DNA of 64,000 nucleotides from Candidatus Latescibacterota bacterium. GTDB taxonomy: Bacteria; Latescibacterota; UBA2968; SICM01. Location of the stretch: contig CBDCJO010000002.1 in NCBI GenBank assembly GCA_965217865.1, positions 1,952,001-2,016,000 of the forward strand. Direction: 5' to 3'. The notes under the pieces were generated by a model, which did no database searches, was not told where the DNA came from, and saw nothing but the letters and a program-made list of their open reading frames with translations. Position 1 is the stretch's first letter. Each line of letters starts with the position of its first letter. Below are positions 41,353 to 52,249 of this stretch, one piece after another. The translations under genes and the position numbers were made by a program.

Positions 41353-42597
41353 TCATCCCCACTCCTCGAGCAGGATCACATCCACCTCTTCTCCGGGGTT
41401 TAACCTTGCGACATCTGCATCCACGACGAAAAGGCTGTTCGATCTCGCGAGCGATAAAAGGTCCGCCGATCCGCTGTGACCCACCCATCGGGTATGCCAT
41501 CTTCCGTCCCGAAACTTGCTCTCAGAGGGCGCATACTGCTTCCGGCCGGGTTTTTGTTCGAAGCCTCCGTCGAGAATTGCCCTCACCGTCGACCGATGGA
41601 CGTTTGACATCCTCTGCATCTTTCGTAAGGCCGGGCGAACAAGGAATTCGATGCCCACAACGGCAGACAGGGGATTGCCCGGAAGGCCGAATACCAGTTT
41701 CTGGCCGACCGTTCCGAAGGTGAGGGGACGACCTGGCTTGATCCGGATTCGCTCAAAGTGCAGTTGGATCCCGAACTCGGCCAAGAGGGGCTTTACCAGA
41801 TCGTATTCCCCCATCGAAACCCCGCCGGAAAGCAGAACGATATCCGCGCTCCCGATGGCGGTCCCAATTTTGGCCGTCAGCTCCTCCCGATTGTCCCCCG
41901 CGATGCCCAGGTAGTCCACCTTCGCGCCTGCAGATGATATCTGCGCGCACATCGTGGGGCCGTTGCTGTTCCGGATTTGTCCCGGCTGCAGGGGGTCGGA
42001 TGCCTCCACGATCTCCTCCCCGGTGGGGATGACCGCCACCCTCGGTTCTCGATAGACCTCCGGTTTGACTGCCCCGACCGAAGCCAGCACCCCGATCTCA
42101 GGAGGCCGGAGAAGCGTCCCGGGGGAGAGAACGACCTGACCGATCTGAATGTCCTCTCCTTGGAGACATATGTTTGATCCATTTTCTGTCTTAGTTAAAA
42201 TCTCGACGTACGCGCCTCCGTCCTTTGTCTCCGTATCTTCGACCATGACCACCGTGTCGGCCCCCTTTGGGACGGGTGCTCCGGTCATGATCTTCGCGGC
42301 CTGACCCCGACCTATCGGTTTTAATGGAACCGCACCCGCCTGAATCTCCTCGACAACTTCCAGGGTCACGGGATGCCCCTTCGACACGCCGCAGACATCC
42401 GCACCGACGACGGCATAACCGTCCATGGCTGATTTGTCGAAAGGTGGCATGTTCAGGTCGGACCGTACCTCGGAAGCCAGGACCCTGCCCAGGGCATCTT
42501 GAAAGTCGATTCTCTCGACTTCGATAGTCGGCGTATGGTCAAGGACGATCTGGATGGCTTCTTCCATCGAAATCATTGGAGGGGGGCGAACGCCCAT
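41353..42597 (-). CDS. moeA: Molybdopterin molybdotransferase
   Basis: PPFDKSAMDGYAV, IMTGAP, SGGVSMG, KPGRP, LPGNP. Confidence 0.95.
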   Translation of the reverse strand: MGVRPPPMISMEEAIQIVLDHTPTIEVERIDFQDALGRVLASEVRSDLNMPPFDKSAMDGYAVVGADVCGVSKGHPVTLEVVEEIQAGAVPLKPIGRGQAAKIMTGAPVPKGADTVVMVEDTETKDGGAYVEILTKTENGSNICLQGEDIQIGQVVLSPGTLLRPPEIGVLASVGAVKPEVYREPRVAVIPTGEEIVEASDPLQPGQIRNSNGPTMCAQISSAGAKVDYLGIAGDNREELTAKIGTAIGSADIVLLSGGVSMGEYDLVKPLLAEFGIQLHFERIRIKPGRPLTFGTVGQKLVFGLPGNPLSAVVGIEFLVRPALRKMQRMSNVHRSTVRAILDGGFEQKPGRKQYAPSESKFRDGRWHTRWVGHSGSADLLSLARSNSLFVVDADVARLNPGEEVDVILLEEWG

Positions 42598-42919
42598 GGT
42601 TCACTTACTCCTGTTTGAAAAATCTTCCTAGTTTTGGCGGAAAGTGAGGTAATGTGAAGCGACGTATCAGCGGGCCAACGACCCGTGATTCCTTGGCCCA
42701 GTCCACCGGGCTGGGTTTGAATGTGGGGGGATTCGAGCGGGCGAACAGTCCGCGATCAGGATGCGGGTCAGGGATTGGGGCATGTCGATGTGAAATTATC
42801 GCGGCCCTTCAGGCCGCACGACGCTAATATATTTCCCCCCCCAGGGCTTTCCCTGGGTTAAGGAACAACGCGCCGTTGGCGCTGAAAGAAGGCCTCAACT
42901 TTAGTCTCGGCTTCGTGAT

Positions 42920-44074
42920 TCAAATCTCCAGAGTCTTGGGGCAGGTTGTTAAGTTTCGATACCCATCCTCCGTCACGACGACCAGGTCCTCGATCCGAAC
43001 CGCACCCACTCCGGGATAATAGAGGCCGGGCTCCACAGTGACAACGTGTCCCGTCCTTAAGACATCTCCCCGTTTGCTGATGCGCGGGGGCTCGTGGATA
43101 TCCAGCCCCACGCCGTGGCCCGTTCCGTGAAAGAACCCCTGCATCCTTCCGTCCGCTTGACCTGATTTAAAGCCCTGTTGTTCGAAATGGGCTGTGACGG
43201 CGTGATGGATTTCAGTGCCATCCGCCCCCGCCTTCAACCGATCGAAGACGATCGCCTGCCCCTCGGCAACGGTCTCGTAGATCTTCCTGACAGAGCCTGA
43301 AGCCTGTCCCTTCACCACCGTCCGCGTCAGGTCGCCGTAGAAGCCCGAGTCGGACGATCGTGGAAAGATGTCGATAATGATCGTGCGGTTTGCCATCAGC
43401 GGACCGGCCCCCTTGTTGTGGGGATCGCAGCCCTGGTCCCCGCAAGCGACGATCGTGTCTTTGCCGATGCAATCCCGTTCCAAAAGGTCGAACGCCACGA
43501 TGCGTTTTAGGGCCTCAGCGGTCAGCGGTTGCCCCTCACGGTAGAGCGTGTCCCCCCTCACATCCGACTCCCGGATCGCCTCTATTGCGCGTTCCATCGC
43601 CGCCTCGGTGTTCTTCTGGACACCCCGAATCTTCTCTACCTCCTCCTCGGACTTCGTCTCTCTTTCCGGAAGGATCGACCCCTTTCTAAAATCCAGGCGA
43701 AAACCTTTCCCCCGAAGAAAATCAGCGGCCTGAATCGGAAAGGTTCTGGGGACCAGCAGACTCCGAATGCCACGATCCCGCAGAGCGAGTTCGAGGGCGT
43801 CCAGCGCAGTCGGCGCTACGTTTCCGGCCTTCTGCGCATCCTCCTCATACTTCGACAGCGACAGGACGAGGTCGACACGTGATTCGGAACGGGCGCGATC
43901 GATCTCCAGATCGCTCAAAAGGAGAGCCTTTTGATCACGGGTCTCGAAGTAGACGAAGTCGTCAGGAGCGAGGAAACCCGAAGCATAAAAAAGGTCGGGG
44001 TCGTTATCGGAAGCGGCGATCATAAGGAGGGCGTCGTGGCCGTCCAGGTGAGGCATAAATTCTCTCTTTGGCAA
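42920..44074 (-). CDS. Xaa-Pro aminopeptidase (M24 family)
   Basis: DIFP, GDLTRT, HGTGHGVGLDIHE, TVEPGLY, RIED. Confidence 0.93.
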   Translation of the reverse strand: MPKREFMPHLDGHDALLMIAASDNDPDLFYASGFLAPDDFVYFETRDQKALLLSDLEIDRARSESRVDLVLSLSKYEEDAQKAGNVAPTALDALELALRDRGIRSLLVPRTFPIQAADFLRGKGFRLDFRKGSILPERETKSEEEVEKIRGVQKNTEAAMERAIEAIRESDVRGDTLYREGQPLTAEALKRIVAFDLLERDCIGKDTIVACGDQGCDPHNKGAGPLMANRTIIIDIFPRSSDSGFYGDLTRTVVKGQASGSVRKIYETVAEGQAIVFDRLKAGADGTEIHHAVTAHFEQQGFKSGQADGRMQGFFHGTGHGVGLDIHEPPRISKRGDVLRTGHVVTVEPGLYYPGVGAVRIEDLVVVTEDGYRNLTTCPKTLEI

Positions 44075-44083
44075 AAGTCGATC

Positions 44084-45610
44084 TTACTCGTGGTCTCTGA
44101 TCTTGCGGTAGAGCGTCCGTTCCCCAATCCCCAGGATCTTGGCGGCCTGCCTTCTGTTTCCTCCAACCGACTGCAGCACACGCCGTATATGCTTCCATTC
44201 AACCTCGTTTATAGATTCCATAGAGTAATCATCTTCGCCTTCCTCAGATTCGGTGACCGCGGCTTCCGCTACCTGAATTTCACCCCCGGCCAGAGGTAAG
44301 GCGGAACCCGGGTATCGGATGGACTCAGGATCGATATGATCGTTTCCCATCACCCGAGATTTAATTTCGGCGATCTCCTTCTGAAGGGAGAGCAAAGCCC
44401 AGTATATCAGATCCAGTTGCGCTTTATCTGGCGATTTGTGAAGCGGCACGGGCAAATTCCGTTCATGCGAAGCGGCATCTTCGGAAAAGCCCATGTGGGT
44501 TATGATATCCCGGGCGGTCAGGCGAGACCCTTTCGAAAGCACGATCAACCGTTCGACAAGATTCTTGAGTTCTCGAACGTTGCCGGGCCACGAATACTGG
44601 CTGAGGGCCTTAATGGCTTCATCATCGAAACGAGGCGGTATGATCCCGTGGGTCTTTGCAAAATCCTCCGTGAAGGCCTCTACATACTCGGGGATATCTT
44701 CCGGTCTATCACGAAGGCTGGGCATCTTTATTTCGACGACGTTCAGCCGGTAGTAAAGATCACGCCTGAACTCCCCCCCCTGGACGGCACGTCCGAGGTC
44801 CTTGTTCGTAGCCGCCAGGATCCGAACGTCCACCGAAATCGGATTCGCGCTGCCCAGACGTGTGACCTCTCGTTCTTCGAGCACCCGGAGCAACTTGACC
44901 TGCGCGGAAACGGACATCTCCCCGATTTCATCGAGGAAGACGGTACCCCCGTTTGCGGACTCGAAGTGGCCCTTTCTCTGGGATCTGGCGTCTGTGAAAG
45001 CACCCCGTTCGTGGCCGAACAGCTCGCTCTCCAAGAGTGTCTCGGGAATCGCCCCGCAGTTTACGACCAGAAAGGGTTTGCTCGACCGCCTGCCCAGTCG
45101 GTGGATTGCGCTTGCGACGAGGTCTTTTCCAGTACCGCTCTCCCCTGTGATCAAAACACCGACATCGGTCGGGGCGATCTGTTCCACCTTCTCTCGGACC
45201 TCCCGCATCCGATTCGAATGTCCCAACAATTGGCTCTTTTGGAGAAGCTTTCCGCGGGATTCCATCCGCGACACCAGATCTTGAAGCCGTCCCACATCCG
45301 GAGGGCGTCCCAAGATGCCATCGACCTCAAGCTTTACGGGCAGGTGATCGACATCGGACATTGCGAATATGGAAGTCCTGAAACCGGAGGCCCTGGCCTC
45401 ACGGATCAGATGGTGGAGTCCCTCCGCTGGAAAAACGCCGTCGACCAACAGAATGTCGATCCTCCCTTGAGACAGATGTCTCAATCCATTCCGCAGCCCT
45501 TCTGAAACGATCACGCGCCTCCCTTCGCCCTTCAACGCAGGGAGGACAACCTCCTGAATGTCCGGATCCTCGGAAACAAAAAGGATTGTCAGTTCGTTGG
45601 TCATAACCAA
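44084..45610 (-). CDS. Sigma-54-dependent transcriptional regulator (receiver-like, AAA+, Fis HTH)
   Basis: GESGTGK, GAFTDA, FLDEIG, WPGNVREL, LGIGERTLYRK. Confidence 0.93.
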   Translation of the reverse strand: MVMTNELTILFVSEDPDIQEVVLPALKGEGRRVIVSEGLRNGLRHLSQGRIDILLVDGVFPAEGLHHLIREARASGFRTSIFAMSDVDHLPVKLEVDGILGRPPDVGRLQDLVSRMESRGKLLQKSQLLGHSNRMREVREKVEQIAPTDVGVLITGESGTGKDLVASAIHRLGRRSSKPFLVVNCGAIPETLLESELFGHERGAFTDARSQRKGHFESANGGTVFLDEIGEMSVSAQVKLLRVLEEREVTRLGSANPISVDVRILAATNKDLGRAVQGGEFRRDLYYRLNVVEIKMPSLRDRPEDIPEYVEAFTEDFAKTHGIIPPRFDDEAIKALSQYSWPGNVRELKNLVERLIVLSKGSRLTARDIITHMGFSEDAASHERNLPVPLHKSPDKAQLDLIYWALLSLQKEIAEIKSRVMGNDHIDPESIRYPGSALPLAGGEIQVAEAAVTESEEGEDDYSMESINEVEWKHIRRVLQSVGGNRRQAAKILGIGERTLYRKIRDHE

Positions 45611-45709
45611 AAATTACCGGGAAGATTTACATTCTCCCCGGTTCTGAATATCGGCCAACCTCTCTCAACCACGCTACCCGGAACCCTGATTTCTGACTTC
45701 GGCAGGGCG

Positions 45710-46408
45710 TCATCCTCCGACCCCGATAACACGGCTTAGGACTTTGAAGACAATTCTTCCTTCAGGATAATCATATCCCGGCCGCTCGAAATTAATGTAT
45801 CCCTGTTTCTCCAGGCGTTTGAGGATGCGGGTAACGGTTTCCCGAGTGGTTCCCGACATGTTGGCCAGGTCCTGATGCGTAGGTCGATTCCGGATATGTA
45901 CGCCCTTCTCGGTATAGACTCCCTGGTCCTCGGCCAACTGCAGGAGGGTCTGTGTTATCCTTCCCGTTACATCGGAAAGGGCAAGTCCTTCAATTTTTCG
46001 GTCGGTCTTCCGAAGTCGGCCGGCCAGCACGGCCAGGAGCTTGATTGCGATTTGAGGGATGTTCTTGATCAGATGAAGAAAATCCCCCCTGCGTAACATC
46101 AAAAGCTCCGTCTCTTCCATAGCCGTAACGTTCGCGGAACGGGGTTTGCTATCCAAAAGCGACATGTCTCCGAAGAAATCGCCTTCCCCGAGGGTGGAGA
46201 GAATAACCTCCCGCCCGTCTTCGCTCACGATGCTGACCTTCACACGCCCTCGCTGTATAACGAAAAGAGTATCCCCCTGCTCTTCTGCAAGAATGATAAC
46301 GTTATCTTTAGGGAAAGTGCGCAACACAGTCGAGGAGTCCAGGGCGGTCAGTTCGTTTTCGTCTAATCCCTCGAACAGGGAGACCTTCTTTAGAAGCTTT
46401 ACGGACAT
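45710..46408 (-). CDS. Crp/Fnr family regulator (possible frameshift near 45795)
   Basis: GDFFGDMSLL...PRSANV, GTTRETVTR; alternative frame gives SSGRDMIILKEE. Confidence 0.9.
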   Translation of the reverse strand: MSVKLLKKVSLFEGLDENELTALDSSTVLRTFPKDNVIILAEEQGDTLFVIQRGRVKVSIVSEDGREVILSTLGEGDFFGDMSLLDSKPRSANVTAMEETELLMLRRGDFLHLIKNIPQIAIKLLAVLAGRLRKTDRKIEGLALSDVTGRITQTLLQLAEDQGVYTEKGVHIRNRPTHQDLANMSGTTRETVTRILKRLEKQGYINFERPGYDYPEGRIVFKVLSRVIGVGG

Positions 46409-46695
46409 GGCAGACCTCCTCGAATTCCTGCGACCATCTCCAATTTCTGAATCCCCGACTGAAAGGACCCATCAAGTGATGCTAAACTATTATTTTTTCA
46501 AGCTCCCGTCAATCTTTTTTTTTAATTGCGGAACTCTGGGGAATCGGGATCATCGGATCGGCGGAAGAGCGATAAACACGCAAATCTGGCAGGTTCAAAA
46601 ATCCGGCTTGTTAAAACACTTTTCAGATCTCTTCAGCCATGGTTTTCTGAATTCATAACTTGACACATATAACCCCATAGAATACTTTGAGACCC

Positions 46696-47580
46696 ATGAA
46701 GGCATTCAGGAGGGTCGATGCCCACGCCAAACTGAACTTGGGTTTAAAGATACTCCGTCGCCGTCCAGACGGCTACCACGACATCCTGTCAGTTATGCAG
46801 ACTGTCGACCTCTCGGACCATCTCCGTTTTGAGGAAATCGAACTCGGACAAATCGAAATCGTCTGCTCTGACCCCGCCGTTCCGACGGGTCCGGAAAACC
46901 TGGTCCACCGTGCCGTAGAAGCCTTTCGAAAAAAAACCCGTATCCACAAAGGTGTGCGTGTCTTTCTCAATAAGGGAATCCCTGTGGGTGCGGGCCTCGG
47001 AGGAGGAAGCGCGGATGCGGCAGCGGTATTGCGAGTTTTAAACGAAACCTGGGGAACGGGTTTGTCTGATGCCCAACTTGGGAAAATCTCCTTAGAGGTT
47101 GGCTCTGACGTCGGGTTTTCAATCAGATTTGGGACTGCCGTCGCTTCGGGACGCGGAGAAATCCTTCGCTACGTGCCTTGGACATTCCAGGTCCAATACA
47201 TCCTTGTCCACCCCCCCATTTCAGTGTCGACAGATTGGGCTTACCGACAGGCCTCGAAGCGGTTAAGTTTGCCCTTGACAGTTCGATCGAATTATGTTAA
47301 TTTCGTTAACTCTATAGAAAATCGACCCATACAGGTCCGTGAACTCTTCGCCTGTGTGGAGAATGATTTTGAAGACCTGGTCGTGGAAAATTGGCCGCTC
47401 CTCAAGGACATCCGTCGCGCCCTAAGAGGAAAGAGTCCGGATGTGTGTAGCCTGAGCGGATCGGGATCGGTTCTTTTTGGTGGTTTCTTCGACTTCGCTG
47501 CTGCAGAACGTGCGGCAACTTTCCTTCGAGGGGAAGGGTATCAGGTTTTCTCTTGCAAGCCATTGATTGTGGATCCTTAA
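46696..47580 (+). CDS. ispE: 4-diphosphocytidyl-2-C-methyl-D-erythritol kinase
   Basis: AKLNLGL, DGYH, IPVGAGLGGGSADAA, GSDV, LSGSGS. Confidence 0.94.
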   Translation: MKAFRRVDAHAKLNLGLKILRRRPDGYHDILSVMQTVDLSDHLRFEEIELGQIEIVCSDPAVPTGPENLVHRAVEAFRKKTRIHKGVRVFLNKGIPVGAGLGGGSADAAAVLRVLNETWGTGLSDAQLGKISLEVGSDVGFSIRFGTAVASGRGEILRYVPWTFQVQYILVHPPISVSTDWAYRQASKRLSLPLTVRSNYVNFVNSIENRPIQVRELFACVENDFEDLVVENWPLLKDIRRALRGKSPDVCSLSGSGSVLFGGFFDFAAAERAATFLRGEGYQVFSCKPLIVDP

Positions 47581-47612
47581 AAACGGCGGCCTCAGACCGG
47601 GTCCGCCCCCCC

Positions 47613-47686
47613 TGCCGGGTCGTCTAACGGCAAGACTGCGGCCTTTGGAGCCGCCTATCGAGGTTCGAATCCTCGCCCGGCAACCA
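47613..47686 (+). tRNA. tRNA-Gln(TTG)
   Basis: Acceptor TGCCGGG/CCCGGCA, anticodon arm GCGGC-CTTTGGA-GCCGC, GGTTCGAATCC T-loop, encoded CCA. Confidence 0.96.
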
Positions 47687-47713
47687 AGAGAAATTTCATC
47701 AGCAGAAGGCCTT

Positions 47714-48394
47714 ATGGCTCAAATCACCCTGAAGGGTGAACGTCGCACCCAAAAGGGAACCCAGGCCGCGAAAAAGCTCAGGAACGACGGTCTCCTTCCC
47801 GGGGTCGTTTACGGGACAGGAGAGCCGCCAATTCCCGTAGTCGTACCCGCCCGGGAATTTGAGACCCTTCTACACAACGAAGGCCGCAATGCCATCGTAT
47901 CTCTCATCCTGGATGGAGAGGATGACGAAGGGCAGATCACTTTGATGAAGGAGATACAACATCATCCTCTTAATGATTGTCTCCTCCACGTTGATTTCCA
48001 GCGAATTGCCTTAACCCAGAAGATCATCCGTGAGATACCTGTGGTGAGTGATGGAATAGCTATTGGGGTTAGAAGTGAGATGGGGGTTCTCCAACATTCC
48101 CTCCATGCCGTAGAGGTAGAATGCCTCGCTTCGGAAATCCCGGATCAGATCAGCGTTGACGTTTCTGAGTTGGCGGTCAATGCCTCCATCCACGTCCGTG
48201 AGCTTCTAAGCCTAGACAGCCGGATTGTGACAGATCCGGATCGCCTGGTGTTTCTCGTCGCCCCTCCCACTGTTGAGAAGGAGCCCGTGGAAGACGAAGA
48301 AGCGGAGATCGTCGAGGAAGAGGAACCAGCGGAACCCGAACTCAGCGTGGAGCGCGGGAAGAAAGAGGAAGAAGAGGCCAAGGAGGAGAAATAA
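47714..48394 (+). CDS. rplY: 50S ribosomal protein L25 (Ctc form)
   Basis: LPGVVYG, QHHP, LHVDF, acidic tail; the true ATG is at 47714. Confidence 0.93.
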   Translation: MAQITLKGERRTQKGTQAAKKLRNDGLLPGVVYGTGEPPIPVVVPAREFETLLHNEGRNAIVSLILDGEDDEGQITLMKEIQHHPLNDCLLHVDFQRIALTQKIIREIPVVSDGIAIGVRSEMGVLQHSLHAVEVECLASEIPDQISVDVSELAVNASIHVRELLSLDSRIVTDPDRLVFLVAPPTVEKEPVEDEEAEIVEEEEPAEPELSVERGKKEEEEAKEEK

Positions 48395-48397
48395 GCC

Positions 48398-48958
48398 GTG
48401 TGGGTGGTCGTCGGCCTTGGCAACCCCGGGCAACGATATTCCGCGACTCGCCACAATCTGGGATTTCGCGTCGTCGATAAGATCGCCGGAACGTTCAGAA
48501 AATCCTGGTCCGAAGACCAGAGCGGCGGCTATTCTATCGCAACGGGTGATGATCCGGCGATCGTTCTCGTCAAACCGACGACCTACATGAACGCCAGCGG
48601 CTTTGCAGTTCGGAAGTCCATCGCCCGTTTAGGTTCTTCGCCCGGAGATCTCCTGGTCGTTCTTGACGACGTAAACCTGCCCCTCGGGGGTGTCCGCATC
48701 CGTCGCAAAGGGAGCGATGGAGGACATCGAGGCCTGCTCTCCGTCGTTCAAGATCTTGGTACAATGGAATTTCCCCGTCTCCGGATGGGTGTTGGACCCC
48801 CTTCCAACGATATCGGTATAGCCGATTTCGTGTTAGGGGATTTTTCTGCGAAGGAACACGCCATCGCTGAAGAAATGGTCGACCGCGCGGCACACGCCGT
48901 GCATGTCATCCTGACGCAGGGCCTTGATACCGCTATGAATCAGTTCAATTCCGGCTGA
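48398..48958 (+). CDS. pth: Peptidyl-tRNA hydrolase
   Basis: VGLGNPG, TRHNLGF, KPTTYMNASG, GGHRGL. Confidence 0.96.
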   Translation: MWVVVGLGNPGQRYSATRHNLGFRVVDKIAGTFRKSWSEDQSGGYSIATGDDPAIVLVKPTTYMNASGFAVRKSIARLGSSPGDLLVVLDDVNLPLGGVRIRRKGSDGGHRGLLSVVQDLGTMEFPRLRMGVGPPSNDIGIADFVLGDFSAKEHAIAEEMVDRAAHAVHVILTQGLDTAMNQFNSG

Positions 48959-49039
48959 AAGGATTCGCTTTTTTCCTTTTTTTAACCTTCCCGCCCATAT
49001 CAAAAACATCAACGGAAGACCCATAAACGGAGTTCACGC

Positions 49040-49468
49040 GTGAGAAAATACGAATTGACGTTGATCCTGGATTCTCAGTCGGCAGAAGACCAGATCGAAA
49101 CCATAATAAAGAAAACGTCTGATGTCCTCGTGTCCAATGGGGCCGAGATAATCCAGGTTGAACGATGGGGAATCAGAAAACTGGCTTATGAAATTAAGAA
49201 GCACCAACAGGGTTTCTATACCTTAATCCAGTTCACCTCTGAGGGAAACGTCATCCCGGCGGTTGAACAGGTGTGTCACCTGGAAGAAGGAATCCTGAGA
49301 AACATGATCGTAGTGAGAAAACAGTTAACAAGTCGCGAGGAGGCCACTCGACAGGAGGTCGGAGGGGGGCTTCCGAAACCCCCCGCACCGGTTAAAAAGG
49401 ATGAGTCCGTAGGTGTCCCGTCGGAGACACCTGAGACCCAGGTCGTCGAACAGAAAGAGGAGGTATAA
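49040..49468 (+). CDS. rpsF: 30S ribosomal protein S6
   Basis: [17 protein letters not shown]. Confidence 0.95.
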   Translation: MRKYELTLILDSQSAEDQIETIIKKTSDVLVSNGAEIIQVERWGIRKLAYEIKKHQQGFYTLIQFTSEGNVIPAVEQVCHLEEGILRNMIVVRKQLTSREEATRQEVGGGLPKPPAPVKKDESVGVPSETPETQVVEQKEEV

Positions 49469-49476
49469 AACAGGGT

Positions 49477-49710
49477 ATGGAGGATAGAGGTCCACGCCGG
49501 GCGAAGACATGCCGTTTTTGTGAAGATAAAAATGAGCGGATCGATTACAAAGATGAGCGGAGACTGAAGCGGTTTATTACTGAGCGGGGAAAGATCATTC
49601 CCAGGCGGATCTCAGGGTCATGTGCCCGTCACCAGCGGGCGCTTGCACGGGCTATCGCACAGGCCCGACATATCGCCCTTCTCCCGTTTTCTTCTGAGGC
49701 CGTGAAGTAA
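49477..49710 (+). CDS. rpsR: 30S ribosomal protein S18
   Basis: [21 protein letters not shown]. Confidence 0.96.
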   Translation: MEDRGPRRAKTCRFCEDKNERIDYKDERRLKRFITERGKIIPRRISGSCARHQRALARAIAQARHIALLPFSSEAVK

Positions 49711-49732
49711 CTCTTTGTGCCTGAAAGTATTT

Positions 49733-50176
49733 ATGAAAATCATACTTAAAGAAGAAATTGAACGCCTCGGAAAACCCGGTGAGATTGTCAGCGTGGCCGA
49801 TGGATATGCCCGGAACTACTTGATGCCCAAGGGGCTTGCCCTTCGGGTTACCAAGTCGAACATGGCCATCTATGAAGCGGAGAAACTTCAGAAAGAAATC
49901 ATTCAGAACAAGGCCAAACGCACCGCCGAGCTACTTGCCGTAGACCTTGAAAAGGTTTCTTGCACTGCGGTCGTCCCCGTTGGAGAAGATGACAGGATTT
50001 TCGGGTCGGTCACCAACCAAAACGTCGCCGATCTCCTGACGGAAAAAGGTTATAACATCGACCGGAGGAACATCCTTCTCGATGAACCCATCAAGGCTCT
50101 CGGCGTCTACACGGTCGGCATTCGGCTCCATCCAGAAGTGGAAGGAAAGGTGAAGGTTTGGGTGGTCAAAGAATAA
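49733..50176 (+). CDS. rplI: 50S ribosomal protein L9
   Basis: MKIIL, GYARNYL, IFGSVT, IKALG. Confidence 0.96.
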   Translation: MKIILKEEIERLGKPGEIVSVADGYARNYLMPKGLALRVTKSNMAIYEAEKLQKEIIQNKAKRTAELLAVDLEKVSCTAVVPVGEDDRIFGSVTNQNVADLLTEKGYNIDRRNILLDEPIKALGVYTVGIRLHPEVEGKVKVWVVKE

Positions 50177-50253
50177 CGAGTTGAACGCTCAGATAGATTG
50201 CGTGATCAGAATGGCGTGGAGATGATATCCACGCCATTTTTTTAGAGTGCCCA

Positions 50254-51138
50254 ATGAGACAGACCAAAAAGCTAAAGATTGGGCTTGTCCAGATGACCTG
50301 CGGTGTGGACCCCGAGGGAAATTTGAAAAAAGCCGCCAGCGAAATCCGGGGGGCGGTTCAGCAGGGGGCCCAAATCATCTGCCTCCAGGAGCTGTTCAGA
50401 ACCCCCTACTTTTGCAGGGAGGAGGACGAAACCCAATTCGACTTAGCGGAACCAATCCCGGGTCCGACGACGGATCGCCTATCGGACGTAGCCAGGGAGA
50501 CAGGCGCGGTGGTGATCGCATCGCTGTTCGAGAGGAGAACCGCCGGGATTTATCACAATACGGCGGTCGTGATCGACGATAACGGATCGCTCTTGGGAAT
50601 CTACCGGAAAACCCACATCCCGGATGATCCGTTGTACTATGAAAAATTTTACTTCACACCGGGAGACCTAGGGTTCCGGGTGTTCGATACCAAGCTCGGA
50701 CGGATCGGGGTTCTGGTATGCTGGGATCAATGGTACCCCGAAGCGGCGCGACTCACCGCTCTGAAGGGGGCCGAGATCCTCTTCTATCCCACGGCCATCG
50801 GTTGGCATCCGAAAGAAAAAAAAGATCACGGGGATTCACAATTCGACGCATGGCAGACGATCCAGCGATCCCACGCCATCGCAAATGGTGTTTATGTGGC
50901 ATCAGTCAATCGGGTGGGATTGGAGGGGGCCGGGGGAAGACGTGTTGAATTCTGGGGAGGATCGTTTGTCTGCGATCCCTTCGGAAGGATGTTAGGCCAA
51001 GCAGCTCACGACCGTGAAGAAACCCTCGTCGTGGAGTGCGATCTTCAAGAACTGGAGACGATCCGAAGAAACTGGCCTTTTTTGCGCGACCGGCGCATCG
51101 ACATGTACGAAGGCATCACGAGAAGGCTAATTGATTGA
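50254..51138 (+). CDS. aguB: N-carbamoylputrescine amidase (carbon-nitrogen hydrolase)
   Basis: LQELF, YRKTHIPDDP.YYEKFYF, VCWDQWYPE; adjacent to agmatine deiminase. Confidence 0.88.
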   Translation: MRQTKKLKIGLVQMTCGVDPEGNLKKAASEIRGAVQQGAQIICLQELFRTPYFCREEDETQFDLAEPIPGPTTDRLSDVARETGAVVIASLFERRTAGIYHNTAVVIDDNGSLLGIYRKTHIPDDPLYYEKFYFTPGDLGFRVFDTKLGRIGVLVCWDQWYPEAARLTALKGAEILFYPTAIGWHPKEKKDHGDSQFDAWQTIQRSHAIANGVYVASVNRVGLEGAGGRRVEFWGGSFVCDPFGRMLGQAAHDREETLVVECDLQELETIRRNWPFLRDRRIDMYEGITRRLID

Positions 51139-51139
51139 T

Positions 51140-52192
51140 ATGGCTTCTCCGAAGGGCTTTAGGATGCCCGCCGAGTGGGAACCCCACACGGCCACCTGGA
51201 TTGCCTGGCCGCATAATCGGGACGACTGGCCTGGAACGTTCAGGGCAATCCCCTCGGTATTTACCGAGATTGTCCGACATCTCCATCAAGTTGAGAGAGT
51301 CCGAATCCTGGTTTCGGACGAGAAGATGGAGCGCCGGGCGTCATCAACGCTCGTCCGCAGCAACGTCGATTTGACCCGGGTCGACTTCTATCGGTTCCCC
51401 ACGGACCGTTCCTGGACACGAGACTTCGGTCCGATCTTCGTAAAGCGGGGGGCGGAAATCGCTGCTACAAACTGGAAGTTCAATGCCTGGTCCCGCTACA
51501 GCGACTGGCGAAGAGACGATCGCGTTTCAGATAGGATTAGCAAAACCACAGGAATTCGACAGTCCAAGCCCGTTGCAACCGTAAAAACCCGGCAAATGCG
51601 TCTTGTGCTCGAGGGAGGAAGCATCGATGTGAATGGCAGGGGCACCCTGCTCACAACGGAAGAGTGTCTCCTGAGCTCTGTGCAGGAGAGGAACCCGGGT
51701 TTGGCTCGGGAGGAATTGGAACATGTCTTTGCGGAATATCTCGGCATCCGTAAGGTGCTCTGGCTGAGGAGAGGGATTGCCGGGGACGATACGCACGGTC
51801 ACGTCGATGACATTGCGAGGTTCGTGGCCCCGGGAACCGTCGTAGCAGCCGAAGAGGACGATCCTACGGATGAGAACTACGGGGTTTTGCGGGAAAATAT
51901 CAAACTTCTGAAAGCAACGACGGACCAGGATGGAAAACGGCTCCGTATCGTATCCCTGCCTATGCCCGAACCGGTGTTCTTCGACGGACACCGCCTCCCC
52001 GCGAGCTACGCCAACTTTTACATAGCCAACGGCCTTGTCCTTGTCCCCACATTCAACGATCCGAAAGACCGCAGGGCCTTATCCACCTTTTCTGCCCTGT
52101 TTCCGGACAGAAAGGTCGTGGGCATTCACGCCGTGGATCTGGTATGGGGCCTGGGGGCCCTGCACTGCGTGACGCTGCAGCAGCCCGCGTAA
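51140..52192 (+). CDS. aguA: Agmatine deiminase
   Basis: MPAEWEPH, WTRDFGP, EGGSID, DDTHGHVD, ASYANF, GALHCVT. Confidence 0.92.
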   Translation: MASPKGFRMPAEWEPHTATWIAWPHNRDDWPGTFRAIPSVFTEIVRHLHQVERVRILVSDEKMERRASSTLVRSNVDLTRVDFYRFPTDRSWTRDFGPIFVKRGAEIAATNWKFNAWSRYSDWRRDDRVSDRISKTTGIRQSKPVATVKTRQMRLVLEGGSIDVNGRGTLLTTEECLLSSVQERNPGLAREELEHVFAEYLGIRKVLWLRRGIAGDDTHGHVDDIARFVAPGTVVAAEEDDPTDENYGVLRENIKLLKATTDQDGKRLRIVSLPMPEPVFFDGHRLPASYANFYIANGLVLVPTFNDPKDRRALSTFSALFPDRKVVGIHAVDLVWGLGALHCVTLQQPA

Positions 52193-52249
52193 ACCCCCCG
52201 AGATGACTCTCCGATTTACCTTTGGGCGCGATTCGATTTCTCTTCGTCT

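Noticed and set aside
44336-45505. 389-aa antisense ORF
   Set aside because: Typical GC-rich shadow of the sigma-54 activator gene
47567-47713. N-terminal extension of L25 in the ORF track
   Set aside because: Overlaps tRNA-Gln; the real start is ATG 47714
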